A stretch of DNA of 40,447 nucleotides from a virus (IMGVR_UViG_3300027419_000056:1-40447); one strand, 5' to 3'; shown: positions 9,587 through 17,421, counted from the first letter of the stretch. Notes: generated by a model from the sequence alone, not told the origin. Program-made: numbers and translations.

Positions 9587-9685
9587 ATGAAAACTGAAAA
9601 TAATATAGATATAAAAATAGACCCAATAGAGGTAGCCTTTTCAATTGTATTTATTTTAGTTGCAGTTAAAATCTTATTTTTTTGA
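9587..9685 (+). CDS. Small membrane peptide, 32 aa
   Basis: Translated by hand: MKTENNIDIKIDPIEVAFSIVFILVAVKILFF; TAAGGA RBS. Confidence 0.55.
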   Translation: MKTENNIDIKIDPIEVAFSIVFILVAVKILFF

Positions 9686-9686
9686 T

Positions 9687-9803
9687 ATGAACCATAGTCA
9701 CATACAAACACTATCAATTCTTTTTCTTACAGCAATAGCATATGCATATTTCATGCTTTGGGTAATGCCATGGATATTTGTATATGTGTTAGGTGGGAGG
9801 TGA
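9687..9803 (+). CDS. Small membrane peptide, 38 aa
   Basis: MNHSHIQTLSILFLTAIAYAYFMLWVMPWIFVYVLGGR; 1 nt after the previous stop. Confidence 0.55.
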   Translation: MNHSHIQTLSILFLTAIAYAYFMLWVMPWIFVYVLGGR

Positions 9804-9809
9804 AGGAAC

Positions 9810-9965
9810 ATGAAGGAAGCACGAATATTTAACTGGATTGCGCTTATTTGGACAGTCTTAGGAACAGTATATTTGATTACAGATCCGGCAACAGACATTT
9901 GGACACTTATCTATATAACGATATTGATCGTAGCACAGGTGACAGCGTTAAAACGATTGAAATAA
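9810..9965 (+). CDS. Small two-TM membrane protein, 51 aa
   Basis: MKEARIFNWIALIWTVLGTVYLITDPATDIWTLIYITILIVAQVTALKRLK; GGAGGTGA RBS. Confidence 0.6.
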   Translation: MKEARIFNWIALIWTVLGTVYLITDPATDIWTLIYITILIVAQVTALKRLK

Positions 9966-9973
9966 TGCCTATG

Positions 9974-10007
9974 ACTGCTCATCTTGACTGAAGCGTTGGT
10001 GAGCAGT
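9974..10007 (+). other. Intergenic hairpin (ACTGCTCATC...GGTGAGCAGT)
   Basis: 10-bp inverted repeat with one G-U; no U tract. Confidence 0.45.
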
Positions 10008-10046
10008 AATGGGGAGTATTTATAAAAAATTTTAGGAGGATTCGTT

Positions 10047-10301
10047 ATGTTAAAGAAAAAATCTGAGTTAACTGAGGAAGTGCACAATGACGTGCAACAG
10101 AAGATGATTGTCAATGAAATTGAGTTTGATCAGCTTGTTGGACGAGTTGATGGGTATGCACATGGATCAAAAGAAAAGATTGAAGGACTTGCTGCAATAG
10201 AACGGTCAAAAAAAGCAAAGAAATATAATGAAGAGTTATTGTTGAAGCTAAAACGTAAAATCACTGCATATAAGGCAGAAGAATCAAAAGGAGATAAGTA
10301 A
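10047..10301 (+). CDS. Hypothetical coiled-coil protein, 84 aa
   Basis: AGGAGG RBS; ORF track. Confidence 0.7.
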   Translation: MLKKKSELTEEVHNDVQQKMIVNEIEFDQLVGRVDGYAHGSKEKIEGLAAIERSKKAKKYNEELLLKLKRKITAYKAEESKGDK

Positions 10302-10302
10302 T

Positions 10303-10530
10303 ATGGATCATCGGGAAGTATCAGCAAAAGGCGGACGTGCAACCAAAAGAAAATATGGGAAAGCATATTTCTCTGAGCTTGGGAAGCGTGGTGGACAGGC
10401 AAATCTTACCATGTATGGAGTTGACTACTTTAAAAAATTGTCAGCAAAGGGTGTTGAGGCTCGGAAGAAAAAAGCGGACGCAAAAAAAAGTCTTGTACAA
10501 CGGGTAGTTGAAAATATCTTGTCAGAATAA
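10303..10530 (+). CDS. KGG-repeat (general stress-type) protein
   Basis: Repeats SAKGG / YFSELGKRGG / YFKKLSAKG. Confidence 0.75.
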   Translation: MDHREVSAKGGRATKRKYGKAYFSELGKRGGQANLTMYGVDYFKKLSAKGVEARKKKADAKKSLVQRVVENILSE

Positions 10531-10543
10531 GACATTTTGCGTA

Positions 10544-10573
10544 TTGACAAAGCAAGTGGTTGCTTGGTATAGT
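10544..10573 (+). promoter_or_regulatory. Early promoter TTGACA-18-TATAGT with operator AAGCAA-N4-TTGCTT (10550-10565)
   Basis: Near-consensus hexamers, extended -10 TG, ATG 6 nt downstream (10580). Confidence 0.8.
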
Positions 10574-10579
10574 AAGACT

Positions 10580-11113
10580 ATGAAAAGAGTCAGAATAGAA
10601 AAAATACCAATAGAGATTCTTGATAGTAAAGAGAGTGGTCTTTCTTTAGATAACAAGCTTATTCTCTTTGTCTCATTTCTTTTTGTTCTTTGTTGTGCAT
10701 ATCTTCTTCTTGTTGCATCAAAACAGAGTGTTCCTGCATCTGTTATTTCTCCTATTGCAGAAGAAGACATTGTACCGTCCCCTACGCCTGTTGTTTTATG
10801 TTGGACTGGTGTTGCATCGTATTATTCCCGTTCTGGGTGTATAGGATGCTCTGAAAATCTTATCATGGCAAATGGAGAGGCATTGGATGATGAAAAACTA
10901 ACAATAGCTATGCCACCATCTGTTGTACGGGAACATAAATTGCTGAATAAGACAGTTACCATTAAAAATGTAAAAACGCACACAATAACAACAGCAAGGG
11001 TTACTGATACTGGTGGATTTGCGGTATACCACCGGATTGCAGACCTGTCCGTTGCAGTGAAACGATCCCTTCAGTGCAGCGACCTTTGTGAGGTTGAGAT
11101 AACAGCAGACTAA
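10580..11113 (+). CDS. Membrane-anchored RlpA-like/3D double-psi beta-barrel protein (probable start 10580)
   Basis: GVASYYS, MANGE, ARVTDTGGF, RIADLS motifs; N-terminal TM helix. Confidence 0.75.
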   Translation: MKRVRIEKIPIEILDSKESGLSLDNKLILFVSFLFVLCCAYLLLVASKQSVPASVISPIAEEDIVPSPTPVVLCWTGVASYYSRSGCIGCSENLIMANGEALDDEKLTIAMPPSVVREHKLLNKTVTIKNVKTHTITTARVTDTGGFAVYHRIADLSVAVKRSLQCSDLCEVEITAD

Positions 11114-11114
11114 C

Positions 11115-11144
11115 TTCTCCCCGGTGTTGGGTTTGCCGGGGAGA
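11115..11144 (+). other. GC-rich hairpin TTCTCCCCGGT...GCCGGGGAGAA
   Basis: 11-bp inverted repeat just after the stop codon. Confidence 0.55.
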
Positions 11145-11268
11145 AAACTGCTGAATAGAGAGTATGTCAGATTCTTTTTATCAATCATTATGCGATAAGG
11201 AGAAAAACATACAAACATATTTAGAAATACATCCGTATAAAATTGTACATAAGAAAGGGGTGAATCAT

Positions 11269-11499
11269 ATGCAAACGAGTCCTGTAATTGAACAGGAAAT
11301 GACATTTCCACAAGCAATAGAACAGCTTATCGTTGGAAAAAGTGTCACTCGGAAAGAGTGGCAAGATGAAGCATTTTATGGGGTAGTAAAAGATGGACAG
11401 CTACAGCTTCATAAACCAGATGGAAAGTTTTATCAATGGATTATATCCGATGGCGACCTTATAGGAACTGATTGGATTTGTATAAAAATTGTTAGTTAA
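11269..11499 (+). CDS. DUF2829/Tad2-like protein (probable start 11269)
   Basis: MTFPQAIEQL..GKSVTRKEW ... W.IS..DL.GTDW signature; AAAGGGGTGA RBS. Confidence 0.7.
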   Translation: MQTSPVIEQEMTFPQAIEQLIVGKSVTRKEWQDEAFYGVVKDGQLQLHKPDGKFYQWIISDGDLIGTDWICIKIVS

Positions 11500-11510
11500 A
11501 GGAGAATAGT

Positions 11511-12173
11511 ATGGCAAAAACAGGTGAAGAACTTGCACGTGATACAGCAAGGAAAATAGAAGAAGAGACAGGTATAGCAACAAGAAAAGGAGAACCACAG
11601 ACAGTTGCACTGCGTCAACAGACGACAGGATTAGGTATCCGTGGACTTGAAGAAGAAGATCCGTCTATTCTTCCTATTCCATTTGTTCGTGTTGTACAGG
11701 GACAAAGTAAAGATATAAAGATGAAGAATGGCGAAGATTGTCCGGAAGGTCATTTTTTCTTTAATGATACACGGGAATCTGTAGAAGCGCTTACATTTTG
11801 TTTGCTCAAGAGTAAAGTGATTACCGTAAATTTTGAGCGTGATGGAAAGATTATTCCAACAGCACAACGAAAGATTTTAGGTATCACCATGGATACAAAA
11901 CGTATCTTTATGCTTACAGTATCTATTTCATCATTTGGGAATTTTGGAAGATTGGTAGCAGAGATGAAAGCAAAGAAGATTACAGAAGCGTGGTCATATA
12001 TGATTACGGCAACAACTGTAAAAACTGAGAATGATAAAGGAAAGTTTTACGCAGTGGAATTTGCGCTAGGTGAGAAATTGACAGCAGAGGATAACGAAGA
12101 GATGTCACTTGCCTTTGAGCAATTTAAAAACTATTTTGAGAAGAAAGAAGAAACGACAGATATGCCGTTCTAA
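11511..12173 (+). CDS. Putative phage ssDNA-binding/recombination protein
   Basis: IPFVRVVQGQS..G.FF pattern and acidic tail ending in DMPF, typical of SSB C-termini. Confidence 0.55.
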   Translation: MAKTGEELARDTARKIEEETGIATRKGEPQTVALRQQTTGLGIRGLEEEDPSILPIPFVRVVQGQSKDIKMKNGEDCPEGHFFFNDTRESVEALTFCLLKSKVITVNFERDGKIIPTAQRKILGITMDTKRIFMLTVSISSFGNFGRLVAEMKAKKITEAWSYMITATTVKTENDKGKFYAVEFALGEKLTAEDNEEMSLAFEQFKNYFEKKEETTDMPF

Positions 12174-12184
12174 TTTCTTGATTT

Positions 12185-12208
12185 CTCCGGATTCTTATGA
12201 GTCCGGAG
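12185..12208 (+). other. Intergenic hairpin CTCCGGATTC-TTAT-GAGTCCGGAG
   Basis: 10-bp stem with one G-U. Confidence 0.55.
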
Positions 12209-12224
12209 CATTGAGGAGATTAGT

Positions 12225-12497
12225 ATGAATCAATATATAACAGAAGACCAGTTTAATGAGGTATCAATAGAAAAACAAGAACGATTTTATAAGGAAATTG
12301 GTATAGACCCTATACATTATACAGCGCCTGTTATTGGCCAGATGGTAGAGTTTTTGTATAAGTTTACAACAGTAACCATTGAATCTGAAGAACGGGAATC
12401 ACCAAATTTTGGATGGACAATCAATGGATTATATAGTTCTGGTGACCTTGCTACTGCATTATGGCTATGTGTAAAAGATGTTTTGAAAACTATATAA
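12225..12497 (+). CDS. Hypothetical phage protein, 90 aa
   Basis: GAGGAG RBS; P.IGQMVEFL ... LATALW.CVK pattern. Confidence 0.7.
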   Translation: MNQYITEDQFNEVSIEKQERFYKEIGIDPIHYTAPVIGQMVEFLYKFTTVTIESEERESPNFGWTINGLYSSGDLATALWLCVKDVLKTI

Positions 12498-12517
12498 AGG
12501 AGCTATAAGGAGAATAT

Positions 12518-12694
12518 ATGAAAGTAAGTCTTAATTTTGATAGTAATGACTTTTTAGATGTATATAACGCATATACATTTTTACAGAAGTTGAAAAATGA
12601 ATGTGTCAAAAAACAAGAGGATGCAAAATTATATAAAAAACAAATTAGTTCTATTGGATTAGGACAACCATTACCAAAAGTAAAGGAGCTATAG
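12518..12694 (+). CDS. Hypothetical protein, 58 aa (below track cutoff)
   Basis: TAAGGAG RBS, open frame fills the gap exactly. Confidence 0.6.
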   Translation: MKVSLNFDSNDFLDVYNAYTFLQKLKNECVKKQEDAKLYKKQISSIGLGQPLPKVKEL

Positions 12695-12695
12695 T

Positions 12696-13331
12696 ATGAA
12701 AAAAAGAACATTCAAACAAACACTAAAAACAGTAAAGAAAATGCAAGACTTTGTAGAAAATAATTGTCTTAATCCTACAGTAGAACAACGTTTATCTAAA
12801 CTAGAAGATGCTCTTACTACTCACCTAGAGGAACATGAGAAACATACTATGAATACTATTCGTATAGTAGGTAAAGGAATAGAAAAGGCAGAACTTATAA
12901 ATGTTGAGGTAAATCCAAACCAAGAATATTGTAATTGTAAAGTACCTACGTTAGAAGGGGATTTATATATACAAACGCACAAAAAACAATGTTGGAAATG
13001 TGGAAAACCCATAGAACCCAAGCAAGAGTATTGTAGATGTATCAATCCAAAAGGAATAAATGATAAAGGTGAATGTTTAGATTGTCATTTACCAAATATA
13101 CAAATGAAACTCAAGCAAGAGTGTACGTATGATTGTAGAAAGACTACAACAAAACAACAAATGGTATGTTATCTGTGTGGCAAACCTCTTCCTACCAATA
13201 CAAAGGAAGAACTACGGGAAAAGATATTACATATAATTTATGGATGTGTTCATTGGGCTGGTAGCGCAAAACAAACAGATGTGTTAGCTCAAAAAGCAAC
13301 AGATAGCATACTAGCGTTACTTGATAAATAG
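12696..13331 (+). CDS. Protein with three tandem Cys-rich (Zn-finger-like) repeats
   Basis: QEYCNC..CWKCGKP, QEYCRC..CLDCHLP, QECTYDC..CYLCGKP. Confidence 0.7.
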   Translation: MKKRTFKQTLKTVKKMQDFVENNCLNPTVEQRLSKLEDALTTHLEEHEKHTMNTIRIVGKGIEKAELINVEVNPNQEYCNCKVPTLEGDLYIQTHKKQCWKCGKPIEPKQEYCRCINPKGINDKGECLDCHLPNIQMKLKQECTYDCRKTTTKQQMVCYLCGKPLPTNTKEELREKILHIIYGCVHWAGSAKQTDVLAQKATDSILALLDK

Positions 13332-13343
13332 AAAGGAATATAT

Positions 13344-13844
13344 ATGAGAGAAATAAAATTTAGAGCGTGGGATGAAAAAGAAAAGATGATAATTGAAAAT
13401 GTTGGTGTATTAGATGGAGTTGCTATTAATAGAGCTGATAGAGTTTATGATACGCCCAATATTGAGATTGATAAATTTGGGGGGTATGTCTTAATGCAAT
13501 TCACAGGACTCAAAGATAAAAACGGGAAAGAGATATACGACAAAGATTTAGTAAAGATTTGTTTCGTTGGTTATCCTGATGCTAAAGAAGAAAAATGGAA
13601 ATATGAAGTTGAAGCTATTTATCAAGTAAATATAGGATTATTTGAAACAACAATGAATATGGTCAAGTTAATTAAACCAGAGATGCTTGTTGACCACATA
13701 CATCTTGGAGTTAATGACTATTGGTGGGATGGAGAGATATTCAAAATATCAGATAAATATAGTAATGGTGAACGAATAAGGTCAGATGGTTTAATTGAAG
13801 TCATCGGTAATATTTGGCAAACACCAGAACTGTTAATAGTTTAG
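13344..13844 (+). CDS. YopX family protein
   Basis: MREIKFRAWD, LMQFTGLKDKNGKEIY, IEVIGNIWQTPELL. Confidence 0.92.
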   Translation: MREIKFRAWDEKEKMIIENVGVLDGVAINRADRVYDTPNIEIDKFGGYVLMQFTGLKDKNGKEIYDKDLVKICFVGYPDAKEEKWKYEVEAIYQVNIGLFETTMNMVKLIKPEMLVDHIHLGVNDYWWDGEIFKISDKYSNGERIRSDGLIEVIGNIWQTPELLIV

Positions 13845-13871
13845 CGTTACTTATCCTGTAGAGGAGATATT

Positions 13872-14141
13872 ATGAAAATAGAAAAAGTAAGAAAACAATT
13901 ATTGAAAGACCCGAAGTTTGCGAAAGCATACTATTCATTTGATTTACCTTTAGAGATGGGTGAAGCGTTGATAGAATTGCGGGTAAAACTTGGTTTAACG
14001 CAACAACAACTAGCGGATAAATGTGGAATGAAACAAGAAGCAATAGCACGACTGGAAAGCACAAATTATAAACCATCAATTCGGACAATAAACAGAATTG
14101 CACAGGCAGTAAAAAAGACAGTTAGAATACAGTTTGTTTAG
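13872..14141 (+). CDS. XRE-family helix-turn-helix regulator
   Basis: LRVKLGLTQQQLADKCGMKQEAIARLES..YKPSIRTI. Confidence 0.9.
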   Translation: MKIEKVRKQLLKDPKFAKAYYSFDLPLEMGEALIELRVKLGLTQQQLADKCGMKQEAIARLESTNYKPSIRTINRIAQAVKKTVRIQFV

Positions 14142-14387
14142 TCCTATAAAGGAGATATATGAGTTATATAACACAAGCACTACAAGAAGAATTAGACAGA
14201 CCTGAATATAAAGATGATTCCATTAGAATTGCAGCAGTGGCATATGAACACAGTATCGTTCTTACGTTAAAACAGGCAGAAAAAGTTTGGCAAATATATA
14301 GTGATTCAATGGCGGCAGGTTGGATGTTGTTACCAAAAACTGATGAAGAATTGTGGGAAATTATTGGTTAGTCCTATAAAGGAGATA
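14138..14387. repeat. 20-bp direct repeat TTAGTCCTATAAAGGAGATA (14138-14157 and 14368-14387) flanking one gene
   Basis: Exact copies; each spans a stop codon and the next RBS. Confidence 0.85.
14159..14371 (+). CDS. Hypothetical protein, 70 aa
   Basis: AAGGAG RBS; W..YSDSMAAGW motif. Confidence 0.75.
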   Translation: MSYITQALQEELDRPEYKDDSIRIAAVAYEHSIVLTLKQAEKVWQIYSDSMAAGWMLLPKTDEELWEIIG

Positions 14388-14392
14388 GAATT

Positions 14393-14590
14393 ATGAAAAT
14401 ACAATTTGATAAAAGTGCAGCAAGTTTCATTCTTGATACGTTCAAAGATTCCTTTCCAAAAGTCTGTTTTATCTGTGGAAAAAAGGTAACGAAAAAGAAT
14501 CTGGGTGGAGTCATGGCAAAGAGAGGTTTTATTCACGACAATATCGTTTGTTTAATACAGTCGTATTATAGAGAGCATAAGAAAGGATAA
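14393..14590 (+). CDS. Small Zn-binding-like hypothetical protein
   Basis: CFICGK ... H...C; RBS. Confidence 0.7.
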   Translation: MKIQFDKSAASFILDTFKDSFPKVCFICGKKVTKKNLGGVMAKRGFIHDNIVCLIQSYYREHKKG

Positions 14591-14592
14591 CT

Positions 14593-15048
14593 ATGATGAA
14601 AGTTACTATGTTTGATACAAAAAAATTAAAAGGATTGAAACCAAAAGAAAAGAAAATACCAGTAATAACTGACCAAGCAGAAAAGAAAAATGCTTTAGAG
14701 GAATTGATTAAAGCTAATCCTCACATGATGGATGCTTGGAATGGTGTTGAAAAATACAGAAAAGAACATAACGGAGAACTCCCACCAGTTACCCCACCCC
14801 AAGAAGCGGAAGAATGGGAGAAAGCGTTTGATGAACAATTCACTATGATAGATAAAAAGGGTAGAGAAGTGTGGACTAACCGTAACTTTTGCGACCCAAG
14901 AGGAATAAAAGAATTTATCGTTAATGAACGTCAAAAAATACTATTTAAGGTAAAAGATCTTGAAGGAGAAATGGTTAATGGCGTTGGTTGGAATAGAATG
15001 CACGAATTAGTATTAAATATCATTAAATACCTAAAGGAATCTATATGA
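14593..15048 (+). CDS. Hypothetical protein, 151 aa
   Basis: RBS; shares EWEK.FDE...IK.FI motif with the next gene. Confidence 0.7.
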   Translation: MMKVTMFDTKKLKGLKPKEKKIPVITDQAEKKNALEELIKANPHMMDAWNGVEKYRKEHNGELPPVTPPQEAEEWEKAFDEQFTMIDKKGREVWTNRNFCDPRGIKEFIVNERQKILFKVKDLEGEMVNGVGWNRMHELVLNIIKYLKESI

Positions 15049-15359
15049 ATAAAAAATATCAAGAATGGGAAAAAGAGTTTGATGAATTAGACATTGAGTA
15101 TTGGAGTGAAGATGCAGGGACTACTTATTCAGAGCCATTAGGATTATTGGAAGAACAAGAAAAAATAATCAAAGCCTTTATTCGTAAAACGCTCCAAGAG
15201 CAGAAGGAGAAGGTGGTAGAAGAATGCAAAAGAATAGTTAAAGCGAATATGCAATCAAAAGAAGAAGCAGAAGTGGCTCAGAAAATAGGATGCGATACAA
15301 ACTGTGTGTTAGACGGGATATGTAATGTAATAGACAATACTTTTAAGGAGACCATATGA
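15045..15359 (+). CDS. Hypothetical protein, 104 aa
   Basis: ATGA coupling, RBS. Confidence 0.7.
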   Translation: MNKKYQEWEKEFDELDIEYWSEDAGTTYSEPLGLLEEQEKIIKAFIRKTLQEQKEKVVEECKRIVKANMQSKEEAEVAQKIGCDTNCVLDGICNVIDNTFKETI

Positions 15360-15493
15360 AATACTTTTGGTTTTTTGGAGCTGTGATTTTGTTAATACTT
15401 GCAGGTATTCTTGGCCGTTGGCAATTTGGAGTTGCAGGAAGTCTTTGGTTACAATTTGCTTTAGTTGAAAAATTAAAAGAGGAGGGTTTATGA
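15356..15493 (+). CDS. Small membrane protein, 45 aa
   Basis: MKYFWFFGAVILLILAGILGRWQFGVAGSLWLQFALVEKLKEEGL; ATGA overlaps at both ends. Confidence 0.65.
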   Translation: MKYFWFFGAVILLILAGILGRWQFGVAGSLWLQFALVEKLKEEGL

Positions 15494-15732
15494 GCGACAC
15501 TATAGAGGATAAAATAAAAGCTAAACTAAATGAGATTTTTTACAGTTCAGATAGTGATTGCATAGATAATGAATACTTATCTGCCGAAGAAGATGCAAAA
15601 TATATACTTTCTCTGTTTAAGGAAGCATTGGGAGAGATGGAAAGCGTTATGGATACAGGAGATGTATCAGTATATTCAATCGGAAGAAATAATTTGAGGA
15701 AAGAAGTATTAACCAAGATAGGAGGTGAATAG
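15490..15732 (+). CDS. Hypothetical protein, 80 aa
   Basis: GAGGAGG RBS, ATGA coupling. Confidence 0.7.
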   Translation: MSDTIEDKIKAKLNEIFYSSDSDCIDNEYLSAEEDAKYILSLFKEALGEMESVMDTGDVSVYSIGRNNLRKEVLTKIGGE

Positions 15733-15733
15733 T

Positions 15734-15892
15734 ATGAAAATTACAAAAGCGTTAGTGAAACGGTTTGAACAAGACCAAAAAGAACACAATACGGCTACGG
15801 CAATACATAATGTTTTATGGTTAGTTGCAGATGAAATGTTCAAGGACATAGGTGTTATTCATGTTCATACAACATATAAGAAAGGAAAATAA
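15734..15892 (+). CDS. Hypothetical protein, 52 aa
   Basis: GGAGGTGA RBS; frame fills the gap. Confidence 0.6.
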   Translation: MKITKALVKRFEQDQKEHNTATAIHNVLWLVADEMFKDIGVIHVHTTYKKGK

Positions 15893-15893
15893 T

Positions 15894-16085
15894 ATGGATA
15901 ATGTTCATGTACAAATAAATGGGAAATGGGTTCAAGCAAAACAAGAGCCATATCAGTTGTATGGAATTGAAAAGCTGTTATGTTTTTTAGGATTTCATGA
16001 ATGGATACAGAGCAATAAGTACGCACACACAAAAGTATGTTTCCGATGTGGTAGACGAAATCAGAATAGAAAATTTGAGTATTAA
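15894..16085 (+). CDS. DUF1660-like small prophage protein (probable start 15894)
   Basis: LLCFLGFHEW ... CFRCG motif. Confidence 0.6.
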   Translation: MDNVHVQINGKWVQAKQEPYQLYGIEKLLCFLGFHEWIQSNKYAHTKVCFRCGRRNQNRKFEY

Positions 16086-16109
16086 CCAAGATAGAGAAAG
16101 AGAGGGAAT

Positions 16110-16301
16110 ATGAAAACAGATAGTGCAGGAAATCCAATAGAGTCTTTTAATATCCATTGTGATTGCAATTCTACTGGTGGTTGTTATAAATGTAGACCAA
16201 AAACTCATACAAAAGTACAAATAATTACAGAAAACAATAAACAAGAAGAATTAGAAATTGAAAGAATAATAAATAAAGCAAATTATGGAAATATAATTTA
16301 G
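16110..16301 (+). CDS. Small Cys-rich hypothetical protein
   Basis: CDCNSTGGCYKC; RBS. Confidence 0.6.
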   Translation: MKTDSAGNPIESFNIHCDCNSTGGCYKCRPKTHTKVQIITENNKQEELEIERIINKANYGNII

Positions 16302-16333
16302 TTTAATTCTCAGAGATGAGAGGAAAGGATAGT

Positions 16334-16576
16334 ATGAACGTAAGTATAAATAATGACGATACACAAGTAATTTTACGATTCACACCAGCAAAATATATAT
16401 TGGTTTACCAAAAAGATTGTAGATTCAATAATACCGATAAAGTGTGGACATTGTGTCCGAGAATAGACCGTAGCGAAAAAGGCAAAGATGATGATATAGG
16501 AATAGAGATTTTATTTTTAACCGATAATGAAGCAGAAGATTTCAAAAAAGCAGGTTTTTCTTATACAGAATTATAG
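16334..16576 (+). CDS. Hypothetical protein (probable start at second Met)
   Basis: AAAGGA RBS before MNVSIN. Confidence 0.6.
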   Translation: MNVSINNDDTQVILRFTPAKYILVYQKDCRFNNTDKVWTLCPRIDRSEKGKDDDIGIEILFLTDNEAEDFKKAGFSYTEL

Positions 16577-16593
16577 TTTAGTACCTTAACACA

Positions 16594-16789
16594 TACTATA
16601 TAGAGAGCTACGGGTGACAGAAAAGGCATTGTAGAAGGAATACCCTACGAAGCACGTGTAAAACGTAGGTGACGCTAGGCTTGCATAAGCGATTTTGCTG
16701 TAGAGTGACCACGCTTTAATAGAGAAACAACAACTTTCGTTGTCCGCCTCTATAAGAGAAATCTCTACCCCGTAGCTCCCTGTATAGTA
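16594..16789 (+). ncRNA. Structured RNA unit 1: 21-bp closing stem around a multi-arm core
   Basis: 16594-16614 pairs with 16769-16789 (19 WC + 1 GU + 1 mismatch); several internal hairpins. Confidence 0.6.
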
Positions 16790-16801
16790 GTGAAAGAATT
16801 T

Positions 16802-16935
16802 TAACAAGATGAAGTAGATGGGTGTGGGGATTAGGTTTCACTACTTTTAGTAGGAACGCCGATGAGAAGATACAGTATTTGCCAGAATTCTGTCTTACGA
16901 TACTCCCGAACGCACCCATCTACCTTGTCTTGTTA
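16802..16935 (+). ncRNA. Structured RNA unit 2: 24-bp closing stem
   Basis: 16802-16825 pairs with 16912-16935 (3 GU, 1 mismatch); internal hairpins. Confidence 0.6.
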
Positions 16936-16944
16936 GTACATTAA

Positions 16945-17050
16945 AAAGATACATAGAAGTCACGCCTCTACTGCGGTTTGGTTAAAAAAGGCTTCCGTAG
17001 GCCAGCTTGGTATACCAAATGATGAGGATTGGCGTCCTCTATGTATCTTT
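16945..17050 (+). ncRNA. Structured RNA unit 3: 13+5-bp closing stem
   Basis: 16945-16957 pairs perfectly with 17038-17050; ACGCC/GGCGT inner stem. Confidence 0.55.
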
Positions 17051-17092
17051 CTAGTGTATAATAAAGTAAAAACTGATGAGGAGGAATAAAGT

Positions 17093-17395
17093 ATGGATTT
17101 TAATTTCACAAAATATAGAACTAGAAGAAAACTTATAGATTGCATTTCAGTTAATGCGAATAATCTAAATATAGGAAAGGTAGCCTATGAAAAATTAGGG
17201 TCTCCGTTGTATATAAACGTCTATTATAACACGGAAAAAGACGTAATAAAATTGGAAAAAGGAAATGAAGGTGATGGTCGTAGAGGAGCAATGACAGGTG
17301 CGAGTGTTGTTTTGGGTAGTAAAAATTTTTGTAAATATATGAAAATAGGCTTTTATAAACCAATTGGTGAAAATATCTTTGAGTTAGAAAAGTAA
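17093..17395 (+). CDS. Hypothetical protein, 100 aa
   Basis: GAGGAGG RBS, TATAAT at 17057. Confidence 0.75.
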   Translation: MDFNFTKYRTRRKLIDCISVNANNLNIGKVAYEKLGSPLYINVYYNTEKDVIKLEKGNEGDGRRGAMTGASVVLGSKNFCKYMKIGFYKPIGENIFELEK

Positions 17396-17421
17396 TACCA
17401 ACGGAGGATGAAGAATAATAT

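Noticed and set aside
10508-10579. ORF-track N-terminal extensions (also 11164, 15852, 18160, 23669, 23919, 28089, 28661, 37388, 37908)
   Set aside because: Overlap upstream genes or promoters, or lack an RBS; downstream ATGs with RBS, coupling or leaderless geometry are better starts
14136-14387. Integron attC sites at accessory gene junctions
   Set aside because: No paired RYYYAAC/GTTRRRY palindromic structure and no integron integrase
16608-16775. Canonical tRNA gene
   Set aside because: D-arm-like start, but no TTCRA T-loop, no clear anticodon arm and too long; kept only as a structured RNA candidate
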